A DNA stretch of 64,000 bases from an uncultured Solirubrobacterales bacterium (GTDB lineage: Bacteria > Actinomycetota > Thermoleophilia > Solirubrobacterales > 70-9). A program made the translations under genes and the position numbers. The notes beneath the pieces are model-generated. The model did not search any database. It saw nothing but the letters and a program-made list of their open reading frames with translations, and had not been told where the DNA came from. The stretch covers positions 14,714-78,713 of the forward strand of contig CAVZRH010000012.1 in assembly GCA_963777575.1 (NCBI GenBank). The letters are read 5' to 3'. The stretch's first letter is position 1, and each line of letters starts with the position of its first letter. Positions 32,149-42,010 of this stretch are shown one piece after another.

Positions 32149-33453
32149 CTAGGCCGCCTTGGCCCGCGAGCGGCTGCGGCGCCGGCGGTTGCGCGGCGGA
32201 CGCGCGCTGTAGGTCCGCGGGCCTCCTCCGTTGCCGGAGTTGTGGCGCTTGCCGTTGCCGCGACCGCCGCGACCGTTGCGGTTGAAGCTCTTGCCGCTCG
32301 CGCCTCCATTGCTGGAGTGCTGGCGAGCGGCGTGCTCGAATCCGGGGCCTGCGTCGAACTCGCGATGCAGGCCGAGGTCCGTCGCAATTTTCCGCATGTC
32401 GCCGTGCTGGTCGGGGAGGACGAAGCTCGCGGCCACACCCGAGGCGCCCGCTCGGGCCGTGCGGCCGGTGCGGTGCACGTAGGTGTCGCGGTCCTCGGGG
32501 GCGTCGAAGTTGATCACGTGGGTGATGTCCTCGACGTCGATTCCGCGGGAGGCGACGTCGGTCGCGACCAGCGTGTCGCACTTGCCGAGCTCGAAGTCGG
32601 CGAGGGCGCGACGGCGCTGGCTCTGGGACTTGTTCCCGTGCATGGCCACCGCCCTGACCTTCTGGTTACCGAGCTTCTTGACGAGCCGGTCGGCGCCGCG
32701 CTTGGTGCGGACGAAGACCAGGGTGCGGCCGCGCTCTGTGTCGCGGAGCTCCTTGACGAGCGCGTCCACCTTGGCCTCGTGGGAGAGGTGGACGAAGCGG
32801 TGCTCGATGTCGATGCCCTGCTCCCCCTCCGGCTTGTGGACGTGGCGCCGCGGGTTGCGGGTGTAGGCGGCGGCGAGCTTGCCGGTCGCCCCCTCGAGCG
32901 TCGCCGAGAAGAACAGGGTCTGGCGATCGCGGGGCATCTTCGCCACGATCCGGTCGATCGCCGGCTTGAAGCCGATGTCGAGCATGCGGTCGGCCTCGTC
33001 GAGGACGAGGATCGAGATCCGCTTCAGATCGAAGGCGCCTCGCTCCATCTGATCCTCGAGGCGGCCCGGTGTGGCGACCACGATGTGGGCGTTGGCGGCC
33101 TGCTTGGCCTGTCCATGAAGTCCGACGCCGCCGTAGACGGCAGCGACCTTGAGCGCGCGGGAGTGCGCGATCGCGCGGAGCTCGTCGACGATCTGCTCGG
33201 CGAGCTCGCGGGTCGGCGCGAGGACGAGGGCCGCGGGGCGGCGCGCCTCGGCCTGGATGCGCTCGACCATCGGGATGCCGAAGGCGAACGTCTTGCCCGA
33301 CCCGGTCGGGGACTGGACGAGGACGTCCTCACCTGCGAGGACGTCCGCGATGCAAAGTCTCTGCACCGCAAATGGTTCTGTGATGCCGCGCTCGGCGAGT
33401 GCGCCCAGGACTGGGCGAGACACGCCGAGATCGGCGAATGTTTCTGAAGACAT
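32149..33453 (-). CDS. DEAD-box ATP-dependent RNA helicase with an Arg/Gly-rich C-terminal tail
   Basis: Q motif FAVQ, SPTGSGKT, VLDEADRMLD, SAT and HRTGRTARAG. 434 aa, intact. Confidence 0.93.
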   Translation of the reverse strand: MSSETFADLGVSRPVLGALAERGITEPFAVQRLCIADVLAGEDVLVQSPTGSGKTFAFGIPMVERIQAEARRPAALVLAPTRELAEQIVDELRAIAHSRALKVAAVYGGVGLHGQAKQAANAHIVVATPGRLEDQMERGAFDLKRISILVLDEADRMLDIGFKPAIDRIVAKMPRDRQTLFFSATLEGATGKLAAAYTRNPRRHVHKPEGEQGIDIEHRFVHLSHEAKVDALVKELRDTERGRTLVFVRTKRGADRLVKKLGNQKVRAVAMHGNKSQSQRRRALADFELGKCDTLVATDVASRGIDVEDITHVINFDAPEDRDTYVHRTGRTARAGASGVAASFVLPDQHGDMRKIATDLGLHREFDAGPGFEHAARQHSSNGGASGKSFNRNGRGGRGNGKRHNSGNGGGPRTYSARPPRNRRRRSRSRAKAA

Positions 33454-33618
33454 GTGTTGCTAACTCCTTATGTGCGTTGCGTTGGAGATCCAGAGACCCC
33501 AACTAACGGCGCATTCGGAGCGCAATGAGGGAGGAAACGGAACCTCTCGGGGACCCGGTTGGTCGACCCGACGCGAATCACGGTAGCAGGGTCCCCGGTC
33601 CGTACCGGGTGGAACCCG

Positions 33619-34023
33619 TCAGACCTCGTCGTCGGATTCCGGGTCGAGCCGCGCTCTCGCCTTGCGCACCGCGACCGTCGAGGTGCCGCAGGCCTTGGCG
33701 ATCACGTTGTCCTGGCGGTCGGGGTCGCGATTGATCTCGAACTCGATCCGGGCCTGGGAGCGGACCTTCAGGCGGGTCTGGTCGGGAGCGTCCTCCGGGA
33801 CCTCCTCGAGGCCCGCCTCGCCCGCCATGTCGCGCCGGCAGGCCAGGCAGTAGAGCTCGCCGTTCTCCTTCGCCCAGGTCGTCGGCAGCCGTGGGCGCTC
33901 GACGTCGGGGGAGAAGCTCACGGTCATCTGGCAGCGGGCACAGGTCCAGGAAGTGGGAGCCGCTGCTCCGGAAGTCGGCACCGACCCAGTGTAGGGACCG
34001 GTCAGGAGGGCTAGTCTGGGCAT
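33619..34023 (-). CDS. Zinc-ribbon plus HTH-like small protein, paralog 1
   Basis: WTCARCQMTVSFSPDVERPRLPTTWAKENGELYCLACRR...ARIEFEINRDPDRQDNVIAKACGTSTVAVRKARARL. About half of the aligned residues are identical to the ORF at 35005-35367. The start is uncertain. Confidence 0.65.
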   Translation of the reverse strand: MPRLALLTGPYTGSVPTSGAAAPTSWTCARCQMTVSFSPDVERPRLPTTWAKENGELYCLACRRDMAGEAGLEEVPEDAPDQTRLKVRSQARIEFEINRDPDRQDNVIAKACGTSTVAVRKARARLDPESDDEV

Positions 34024-34073
34024 CCAATGAATCGACACCCTTGATCCGCGCGAGGGTGGCGGCGCTCCGTTCG

Positions 34074-34988
34074 ATGGTTCGTCGACACCCCACGATGGTC
34101 AGCCTCGGCGGTGGATTGTTGGTCGCGATTGCACTTGCGATCGCACTCGCGGGCCATGGCCACGACTTCATCGTCGCCCTCGGCTCCGCCCCCTTCTGGG
34201 TGCTCGGCATCGCCGTCGCCCTGCACGTGCTCTGGCTGCTCGCCCGCACCGAGGCCTGGGGGGTCTGCATCGAGGCGGCGGGAGGAAGCCTCGGGCGGCG
34301 GTCGCTCTACCGCGCCTCGAGCATCGGCTACCTGGCCAACATCTTCAACGGGCAGTTCGGGCTTGCGATCCGGATCGGCGCCCTACGTCGCTCGTCCCCG
34401 ACCGAGTGCCCGCGTGCGCCGGTGCTGCTTGCCGCTGAGCTCCCGATCGTGGTGGTCGAGATCGGCCTCGCCGCGATCTTCTCGTTCACCCTGGTGGCTC
34501 CGCTCGGCGTCCCCTGGTGGGCACCGATCGTCGCCTTCGCGGCGGTGGGCGCGGTGTTCGCCGGCATGCACCGGGTGGCGCGAAACCGGACGACGGGAAT
34601 CTGGAGGGGCATCGCGGTGCTGCGCGAGATGAAGGGCAGCGGCAGGCTCATCGCCCTGGTCTGCCTCGCGGTGGTGATCCAGATCGCGCGCAACTGGTTG
34701 CTGCTCAACTACAGCGGCGTCGATGCCTCTGTCTTCGACTCGACGGCGCTTCTGATCGGACTGGCCGTGGTCGGCCTCCTCCCCATCGGCCCGAGCCTGG
34801 GGGCGGCGACGACCGTGCTGATTCTCGGGACGAACGGCGTGGCGGCCTCGGCCGCCGCCGGCGCGCTGCTCACGGCGACCGCCGCCGTGGGCGCGCTCTG
34901 CTTCGCAAGCTGGGCCCTGGTGGACCGGCTCTGGCAGCGCGCTCCCGCGCCCGTCCCGGCGCCGGCCCTCTCGACACCGACCGCCTAG
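34074..34988 (+). CDS. UPF0104 / lysyl-phosphatidylglycerol-synthase-TM-like (flippase-like) integral membrane protein
   Basis: Multiple TM segments and YRASSIGYLANIFNGQFGLAIRIGALRR, typical of the family. Alternative TTG start at 34041. Confidence 0.7.
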   Translation: MVRRHPTMVSLGGGLLVAIALAIALAGHGHDFIVALGSAPFWVLGIAVALHVLWLLARTEAWGVCIEAAGGSLGRRSLYRASSIGYLANIFNGQFGLAIRIGALRRSSPTECPRAPVLLAAELPIVVVEIGLAAIFSFTLVAPLGVPWWAPIVAFAAVGAVFAGMHRVARNRTTGIWRGIAVLREMKGSGRLIALVCLAVVIQIARNWLLLNYSGVDASVFDSTALLIGLAVVGLLPIGPSLGAATTVLILGTNGVAASAAAGALLTATAAVGALCFASWALVDRLWQRAPAPVPAPALSTPTA

Positions 34989-35004
34989 CCGAGCTCCTGA
35001 TAGC

Positions 35005-35367
35005 TCAGGCGGCGGGGCGCCTCGACTGCATCCCGAGGCGGACGCGCGCCTGCTGGACCGCCTTGATGGAGGTGTGGCAGGACTTGGCGATCCGGCTGTC
35101 CTGAGCCTCGGGTCGCCGCTTCATCTCGAAATCGATCCGGGCCCGCGACTCGGCCTTCCGGCGGTCATCGGCCGAGTTGTCCTCGAGCCCGACCAGGGCG
35201 GCCTCCCCGGCCCGCTCACGGCGGCAGGCGAGGCAGTAGAGCTCGTCGTCCTCCTTGATCCAGGTCGCCGGGAGCGCCGGGCGCTCCACGTCGGCCATCC
35301 AGCTGACATTCACCTCGCAGCGCGCGCAGGTCCAATCGACCGCGGGCTCCGTCTTCGTCTCGGGCAT
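35005..35367 (-). CDS. Zinc-ribbon plus HTH-like small protein, paralog 2
   Basis: WTCARCEVNVSWMADVERPALPATWIKEDDELYCLACRR...ARIDFEMKRRPEAQDSRIAKSCHTSIKAVQQARVRL. 120 aa. Confidence 0.7.
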   Translation of the reverse strand: MPETKTEPAVDWTCARCEVNVSWMADVERPALPATWIKEDDELYCLACRRERAGEAALVGLEDNSADDRRKAESRARIDFEMKRRPEAQDSRIAKSCHTSIKAVQQARVRLGMQSRRPAA

Positions 35368-35466
35368 CTAGCTCCACCTTCCGACCCTCTTAACGGGTTC
35401 GCACGAGGGAGAGGGAAAGAGCCGCCGGGCGAATGCTCTCCACCCAGGGTACTCCCGGTTCCGGCA

Positions 35467-37127
35467 CTACGCCAGATTCGCCCTGCGCGGGTAGACGACC
35501 TCGGGGTCGGTGATCACGTTGACCAGCGCCGGCTTGCCCGAGGCGAAGGCGCGGTCGAGGGCCGGGCGGAGCTCGTCCGGGGAGCGCACCAGCTCGCCGT
35601 GGCAGCCGAGGGCGGAGACGACCTCGTCGTAGCGGGTCTCCGGGCCGGAGCTCGGCGGCGAGCGAGTAGCCGTAGAGGAACTTCATCGGGTGGTGCTCGA
35701 GGGCCCAGATGCCGTTGTTGCCCATCACCGCGACGATCGGCAGGTTGTGGCGGGCCATCGTGTCGAACTCCATCCCGGAGAAGCCGAAGGCGCCGTCGCC
35801 GAGCAGCAGGCAGACCTGGCGCTCGGGGTGGGCGAGCTTCGCGCCGATCGCCTGGCCGGGGCCGGCGCCGAGGCAGCCGTAGGGGCCCGGGATCCATCCA
35901 GGTCCCGGGCTCCCAGGTCTCCCAGACCCGCCCGGCGAAGCTGACGAAGTCGCCGCCGTCGCCGACCACGATCGCGTCGCGGTCGAGGAAGTCGCCGAGC
36001 TCCCTGTAGACGCGCATCGGGTGGAGCGGGGAGCGGTCGTCGTCGAGCATCTCCTGCTCCTCGGCGCGCTTCTCCGACTCGATCACCCGCAGCCGGTTGA
36101 CCCAGGCCGAGGTCCGATGCGGATCGGCATCGACCGACTCCCGGATCGCGCTCAGCGCGGCGCCGATGTCGCCGGAGAGGGCGAGGTCGGGCTGCCTCGT
36201 CTTCTCGAGCCGCGAGGGAGCGAAGTCGAGCTGGATCAGCTTCGACTCCTCCCCGAAGGAGCCGCCGAAGCCGAGCCGGAAGTCGAGCGGCACGCCGATC
36301 ACCAGGGCGACGTCGCAGCCCTGCAGCGCCGAGCCGCGAGCGCGGGCGAAGTAGAGCTCGTGATCGGGCGGCAGGCAGCCGCGCCCGAGGCCGTTGAGGA
36401 AGACCGGGATGCCGAGCGCCTCGGCCAGCTCGCGAAGCTCGGTCTCCGCCTGCCCCCAGTAGAGGTTGGTGCCGGCCATGATCGCCGGGCGCTCGGCCCC
36501 GGCGAGGAGCTTCGCGGCCTCCTCGACCCCATCCGGGACCCGCTCGGGAACGGGCGGCGGGTCCGGAACCTCGGACTCGGCCTCCGAGAAGACGACGTCG
36601 AGCGGGTAGTCGACGAAGGTCGGGCCGAGCGGCGGCTCGGCGGCGGTGTCGATCGCCTCGGCGGTGGTGCGGGCGATCTTCGCCGGGTCCTTGACGGTGA
36701 TCGCCGACTTGACCAGCGGCCCGACGAAGGGCAGGTGGTCGATCTCCTGGAGCGAGCCGCTCCCCCACCTCATCTCCGGCGCGCGGCCGCCGAGCGCCAC
36801 CAGCGGCACGCCGTCGGCCTGCGCGGAGGCGATCGCGCTCATCCCGTTGGTCACGCCGCAGCCGGCGGTGAGCGCGCAGATCCCGGGCTCGCGGGTCGCC
36901 TTGGCCCAGCCGATCGCGGCGAAGGCCGCCGACTGCTCGTGGCGGAAGTCGACGACGTCGATCCCCTCCTGCTTGCAGCCGTCGTAGATCGAGAAGAGGT
37001 GGCCGCCGGAGAGGGTGAAGAGCTTCGAGGCGCCGCGGCTCTTCATCGCCTGTGCGACCAGGCGTCCGCCGTGCACGGCGCCCGACTCGGCGCCGTTGGC
37101 GGTCTCCCGGGCCTGCTCGGTCGCCAT
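35467..37127 (-). pseudogene. Thiamine-pyrophosphate-dependent enzyme (acetolactate synthase / oxalyl-CoA decarboxylase family); frame changes near 35892 and 35640
   Basis: The N-terminal and central domains are intact in ORF 35514-37127 (FTLSGGHLFSIYDG, ALTAGCGVTNG). The TPP motif [30 protein letters not shown] is in a second frame. The end [17 protein letters not shown]...[17 protein letters not shown] is in a third. Confidence 0.82.
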
Positions 37128-37144
37128 CGAGCCGAGACTACCCG

Positions 37145-37912
37145 CTAGATCTCGTCCAGGGCGCGGCGCGCAGCGTGGGCGTCGAGCTCGGCGTCGTGGA
37201 CGGACTTCTCGGCCTCCTCGACCTTCTCGCGGGCGCCCTCCAGCTTCGCCTGCTCGCGCTCCAGCTTCTTCTCGGCCGCCGCGAGCTTGCGCTCGGCCTC
37301 CTTGCGCCGCTTCGCCTGTTCCTGGCGGGCGCGACGGTCGGCCGCCTCGCGATCGCCCTTCTTGCCGCCGCGCGCCGGCGCCTTGGGGGTCGCCGCGCCG
37401 ACCAGTCCGATCCCGGAGGCCCGTTGCTCGCGTGTCAGCCGCCCCTTCTCGATCGCCTCGGCCACTTCCGGGTCGCTGGTCGCCGCCTGGAGCGTTTCGC
37501 CGACGCGGTCGAGGATCTGGGAGCCGACGCCGTGTTCCCGGCCGATCGCCTCGGCCGTTCCCACCAGGGAGTCGATCGCCTCTCGCTCGCTCGCCCCGGC
37601 CTGGCGGAGCTTGTCTCGGTCGGCCGACCCGGAGAGCATCTCCTCCTGCGCCGCCCGCAGCTCCTCCCCCACCTTCAGCAGCCGGCGCACGTCCTTGGCC
37701 TTCCGCACCGACAGCTGGTTGACGAGCCAGGCCGCCCGGCTCGGCTTCTTCAGGCCCTTCACCCAGTCGGCCGCCTCGGCGACGCCGTCGGAGCGCAGCG
37801 ACTTCGCCAGCTCGTTGCGGGCGGGCGTGAACTCCTCGAGCGGGCCGTGAAAGAGCTCGTCCAGCTTCTTCTCCGGCACACCCTTGGGCGGGCTGATCAG
37901 CGTGTCTGCCAC
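37145..37912 (-). CDS. Hypothetical protein with a C-terminal charged coiled coil
   Basis: 255-aa ORF, GC3-rich. ...RRKEAERKLAAAEKKLEREQAKLEGAREKVEEAEK. No domain recognised. Confidence 0.65.
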   Translation of the reverse strand: MADTLISPPKGVPEKKLDELFHGPLEEFTPARNELAKSLRSDGVAEAADWVKGLKKPSRAAWLVNQLSVRKAKDVRRLLKVGEELRAAQEEMLSGSADRDKLRQAGASEREAIDSLVGTAEAIGREHGVGSQILDRVGETLQAATSDPEVAEAIEKGRLTREQRASGIGLVGAATPKAPARGGKKGDREAADRRARQEQAKRRKEAERKLAAAEKKLEREQAKLEGAREKVEEAEKSVHDAELDAHAARRALDEI

Positions 37913-38089
37913 TCAGCCACAGGATTTACCGAATTGCGGGGTTACAGGTCGTCCCCCAACCCGCCGATAGCCGTAAGGCGGCCGGGGCCAATAGGGGAAA
38001 TAGGGGGTTCGTGGGCCGCCGCCTCCCGGATGGGCGGCGGCCCACAGACTTCTAGGCCCTCCAGGACCCGGCCGCTTTCTTTCTCAGCC

Positions 38090-39789
38090 TCAGGAGCCCG
38101 GCAGCGTGTGCGTCTTGCCGAGCCCGCCGTCTTGGTGCGAGCCCGCCCTACCGACCCCCGGGCCCGGCCGCGAGCGGCGGCCGAGGCCGTCGCCGGGCAC
38201 CGATGCGCGGCCGAGGCCGCCCACCGTCGGGTCGCCGAGCGGGTCGTCCACGTCGGAGCCGGGACCGGTATCGAGCGCGAGCGGGACCAGCGGCGCATAG
38301 AGCTCGACCCGGCGGTCATAGCCGCGGATCTCACGGATGCCCCGCGACTCGACCTCGATCGTCTCGGAGAGCTGCGCCCGCGTCTCGCCGGTGATCAGGA
38401 CGGAGTCACCCGTCTCGCGAGTGGAGTCCTGCACGCGGGCCGCGAGGTTGACCGCGTCGCCGATCACGCTGAAGGAGAGCCGGCCGGCGCCGCCGATCGA
38501 GCCGGCCACCACCGGCCCGGTGTTCACGCCCACCCCGACCTCGAAGCCGCCCGGGCGGCGGCTGTTGATCGTCCGCGCCAGCTCGACGGCGCACTGCACC
38601 GCGCGGTCGGCGTGCTGGGGGATCCGCTCGGGCGCGCCGAAGACGGCCAGCACCGCGTCGCCGATGAACTGGTCGATGTGGCCGCGGTGGCGGGCGACGA
38701 TCGGGACGATGCACTCGAAGAGCTCGTTCAGGCGCGCGCACCACCTCGGGCGCGTCCGCCTCGGCCGCCGCGGCGGTGAAGTCCCGGACGTCGACGAAGA
38801 CCAGCGAGACCTCGAGCTCCTCTCCCCCGGGCTCGAAGTCCTCGGAGATCAGGTGCTGGGCGACCTCCTCGTCGAGGTAGGTGCCGAACGCCTCGCGCAG
38901 GCGCTCCCGCTCGGCCAGCCCGTCGACCATCTGGTTGAAGGCCGAGGAGAGCTCGCCGAACTCGTCCGAGGTCGTCACCGGCACGTGCTCGTCGAAGCGG
39001 CCCTGGCGGATCCGCTCGGTCGCCGCCTCGAGGTCCTCGATCGGGCGCAGGATCGAGCGCGTCAGCAGCACCGTGAGCTCGAAGCTGATCGTGAAGGAGA
39101 CGAACAGCGCGATCAGCACGGCGACCGTGAGCGCGTCGGTGCCGCCGCCATTCGAGGTGAGCGCCGCGACGACGAGGCCTGTGATCACGTTGATCAGCGG
39201 CAGCGAGCCGAGCAGCTTCACCCGCAGCGGCACCACCGGGCGGTCGATCCGCACCGGTCGGTCGAGCGCCGAGTTGATGTCGAAGAGAATCGGCCGCATC
39301 GCCAGCTCGAGCGCCAGGTAGTGCAGCGTGCCGGCGTACGCGGTGACGAGCAGCGCCGCGATCACGATCGGGAAGAAGGCGAGCCAGCTGAGCTCGAGGA
39401 TCGCGATCGCCGCGACGACGGTGATCACGCGTGACCACGAACGGGACCCAGAAGTCCCGCCGGACCATCTGGATCGGCATGTCCACGGCCAGGTGCCAGG
39501 CCTCCGCGGTCTGCTCGGCGGAGCGCTCGCCGCCGATCCAGGCGTTCAGCGGCCGCAGCCGCCTCAGCACCCTGACCAGCACGAAGCCGATACCGATCGC
39601 CGTCAGCCCCAGGGTGATGGCGAGGATCGTCAGGAAGTCGCCACTGGAGACCGAGTAGTAGAAGCTGAACAGCGCGACCGCGCCCGTCGCGACCAGGAAG
39701 GCGGTCTGCAGCTCCACCGTGATGAAGACGGACGGGTAGCGCGGGCCGAGCTTTCGATAGAGCCAGGTGAGGGGGTGCGGATGGGACAT
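38090..39789 (-). pseudogene. Membrane-bound HAMP-domain class III adenylate/guanylate cyclase; frame changes near 39429 and 38733
   Basis: TM region in ORF 38728-39789. TM, HAMP (LRPIEDLEAATERIRQG...FGELSSAFNQMVDGL) and LVFVDVRDFT in ORF 38406-39428. FIGDAVLAVFGAP...VGVNTGPVVAGSIG...VIGDAVNLAARV in ORF 38090-38653. Confidence 0.82.
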
Positions 39790-40148
39790 GGGGTCTGCCG
39801 CTCATTGTCCCGAACCGGCCCCACGGACCCGGTTGCCGGTGCTTGCGGCGAAAACCCGTCCCACCTGTGGGCTATTACTGACCTGGGTTCAGGGGATTTG
39901 GCCGATGCTCGCGACCGTCACGCCTGGGACATTGGATAGCGGTGTTTCGTCCAACGCCTCCCGATCAGGCTGCAACTCTGCCTCATGCAGCAGAGTTGGA
40001 TCGAGCCGAGCCGCAACCCTCTGCGGTAAGAGACGACGGGCGGGCGGAGTCACGATGCCAGTGCATACGCCTCGGCGGGCGTGTGACTCATCCCCTCTGC
40101 CCCGTGCATGGGAAGTCCATTCGTCCCTGTCACGACTGATCGACGCGC

Positions 40149-40785
40149 CTAGAGCGAGCGCAGCGCGTCGGGGATCGGCGTGCCGTCGTTGAGCAGGTCG
40201 AACTCCTTGCCGATCGTGTTGTCGGCGACGAGGCACTCGGCGATCACGGCCGCGACGTCGTCGCGCGTCACCTGCCCGTAGTCGAGCTCCCCGACCTACC
40301 ACGTTGCCCGTCCCCGGATCGTCCGTGAGGCCCCCGGGGCGGATGATCGTGTAGTCGAGGCCGCTCTCGCGCAGAGTCTTGTCAGCCTCGGCCTTCGCCT
40401 CCTGGTAGGGACGCATCTGATCCGACCAGTTCTCCGGATGGTTCGACCCGATCGAGCTCACCATCACGTAGCGGCGGATCTCCTTGGCGAGACAGCCCTC
40501 GGCCAGCTTCACCGCGCCGCCGTAGTCCACCGTCCGCTTGCGCCCCGGGCCGCTGCCCGGCCCCGCGCCGGCGGCGAAGACGACGGCGTCGGCGCCCGCC
40601 AGCGCGTCGGAGATGTCGTCGACGTTCTCGATGTCGAGGACGATCGGCTCCGCGCCGATCTCCTCGAGATCGGCGGCCTGCTCGGTCTTGCGGATGATCC
40701 CCCGCGGGCTGTCGCCGCGCTCGGCCAGCAGCTTCTCCAGCCGCAGCCCGATCTTGCCGTGGCCACCGACGATGACGACGTTCAT
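40149..40785 (-). pseudogene. NAD(P)H-binding (NmrA/atypical SDR-like) protein; frame change near 40293
   Basis: MNVVIVGGHGKIGLRL...VFAAGAG...YVMVSSIG...YQEAKAEAD...IIRPGGLTDDPGTG, then ELDYGQVTRDDVAAVIAECL...DALRSL-stop in another frame. Confidence 0.8.
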
Positions 40786-40824
40786 CGGACGCGACCATAC
40801 CCACCCCGCGCTCCCGGCAACCGC

Positions 40825-41859
40825 TCAGCTGGTCAGGGTGACCTTGGTGAGCCCGTGCGGGTGATCGACGCTGACCCGCCGGATCTCCGCGAGCCGCAGC
40901 GCCGCGACCTGCGCGGGCACGACCCCGAGCAGCGGCGCGGCCCACTCGGGCAGCACGGGGAGCTGCACCGGGATCTCCGCGAGATCGAGCACCCGCGGGT
41001 CGGCGGACACCGCCACATGCAGGCCGGTGTGCGTGGTGAGCTGCCTGAACGCCTCGAGCTCAACGTCCTCGGTGTGGGCGACGCCGCTCGCGATCCAGAG
41101 CGCCGACCCGGGACTGAGTGCCGCGACCGGGCCGTGCAGCAGGTCGGGAGTGGAGAAGGCCTCGGCCGGCGTGCCGCCGAGCTCGCGCAGCTTCAGCCCC
41201 GCCTCGCAGGCGGTCGCGTAGTCGAGCCCGCGGCCGACCGCGGTCAGCAGGGAGGCCTCGGCGAGCCGGTCGAAGCGCTCCCGGCCCTCCAGCTGCGCCG
41301 CGGTCAGCTCGGTGACCATCTCCGGCACGATCTCGAGCACCTCGGGGGTGACCCTCGACGGCCGCATCGCGGCCGCGAGCTGAGCGAGTGCGTGCAGCGA
41401 AGCCACATAGGTCTTCGTCGCCGCGACCGAGCGCTCCTCGCCGACCCCGAGCGGAATCACGACGTCGGCTGCCTGCGCGAGCGGCGAAGCCGGCTCGTTG
41501 GTGATCGCGATGGTCGGCCGTCCCTGGAGGCGGCCGGCCTCCAGTACCGCCACGATGTCCCGCGAGCGGCCGGACTGGGAGATGCCGAGCACCGCCGCGC
41601 CCGGCAGCCTCGGCGCGCGGTGGCCGTGTCCGTAGAGCCACGGCGCGGCCAGCCCGACGGCCAACCCGCCATCGAGGCCGAGCAGGTACTGGCCGTAGCG
41701 CGCGGCGTTGTCGGAGCTGCCGCGGGCGGCAATCAGCAGGTAGTCGACGCCGGCACCGAGCAGCTTCGCGGCCCGTTCCGCGGCCTCGTGCCCCTCGTCC
41801 GCTCGGCCGGCGAGTGCCGCCCCCTGCTCGCGTAGCTCGGTTTCGAGGTGAGAAGGCAC
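40825..41859 (-). CDS. SIS-domain sugar-phosphate isomerase/deaminase (GlmS C-terminal-like, two SIS repeats)
   Basis: LIAARGSSDNAARYGQYL...GISQSGRSRDIV...SVAATKTY. 344 aa, intact. Divergent from the ABC operon. Confidence 0.8.
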   Translation of the reverse strand: MPSHLETELREQGAALAGRADEGHEAAERAAKLLGAGVDYLLIAARGSSDNAARYGQYLLGLDGGLAVGLAAPWLYGHGHRAPRLPGAAVLGISQSGRSRDIVAVLEAGRLQGRPTIAITNEPASPLAQAADVVIPLGVGEERSVAATKTYVASLHALAQLAAAMRPSRVTPEVLEIVPEMVTELTAAQLEGRERFDRLAEASLLTAVGRGLDYATACEAGLKLRELGGTPAEAFSTPDLLHGPVAALSPGSALWIASGVAHTEDVELEAFRQLTTHTGLHVAVSADPRVLDLAEIPVQLPVLPEWAAPLLGVVPAQVAALRLAEIRRVSVDHPHGLTKVTLTS

Positions 41860-42010
41860 GGCGAGGATCGTTTGAGAACCTTACTAGTTCAGTCTTGACA
41901 CAACGGCCACTTTCCGTGATAGGGTCGCAAACAGGAAAGGTCTTTAACGAGACTTTGGCGATTCTGCGGGTGCGGGCCGCAGCCGGGAGTCGCCGGGAGA
42001 GGAGAGGAAC

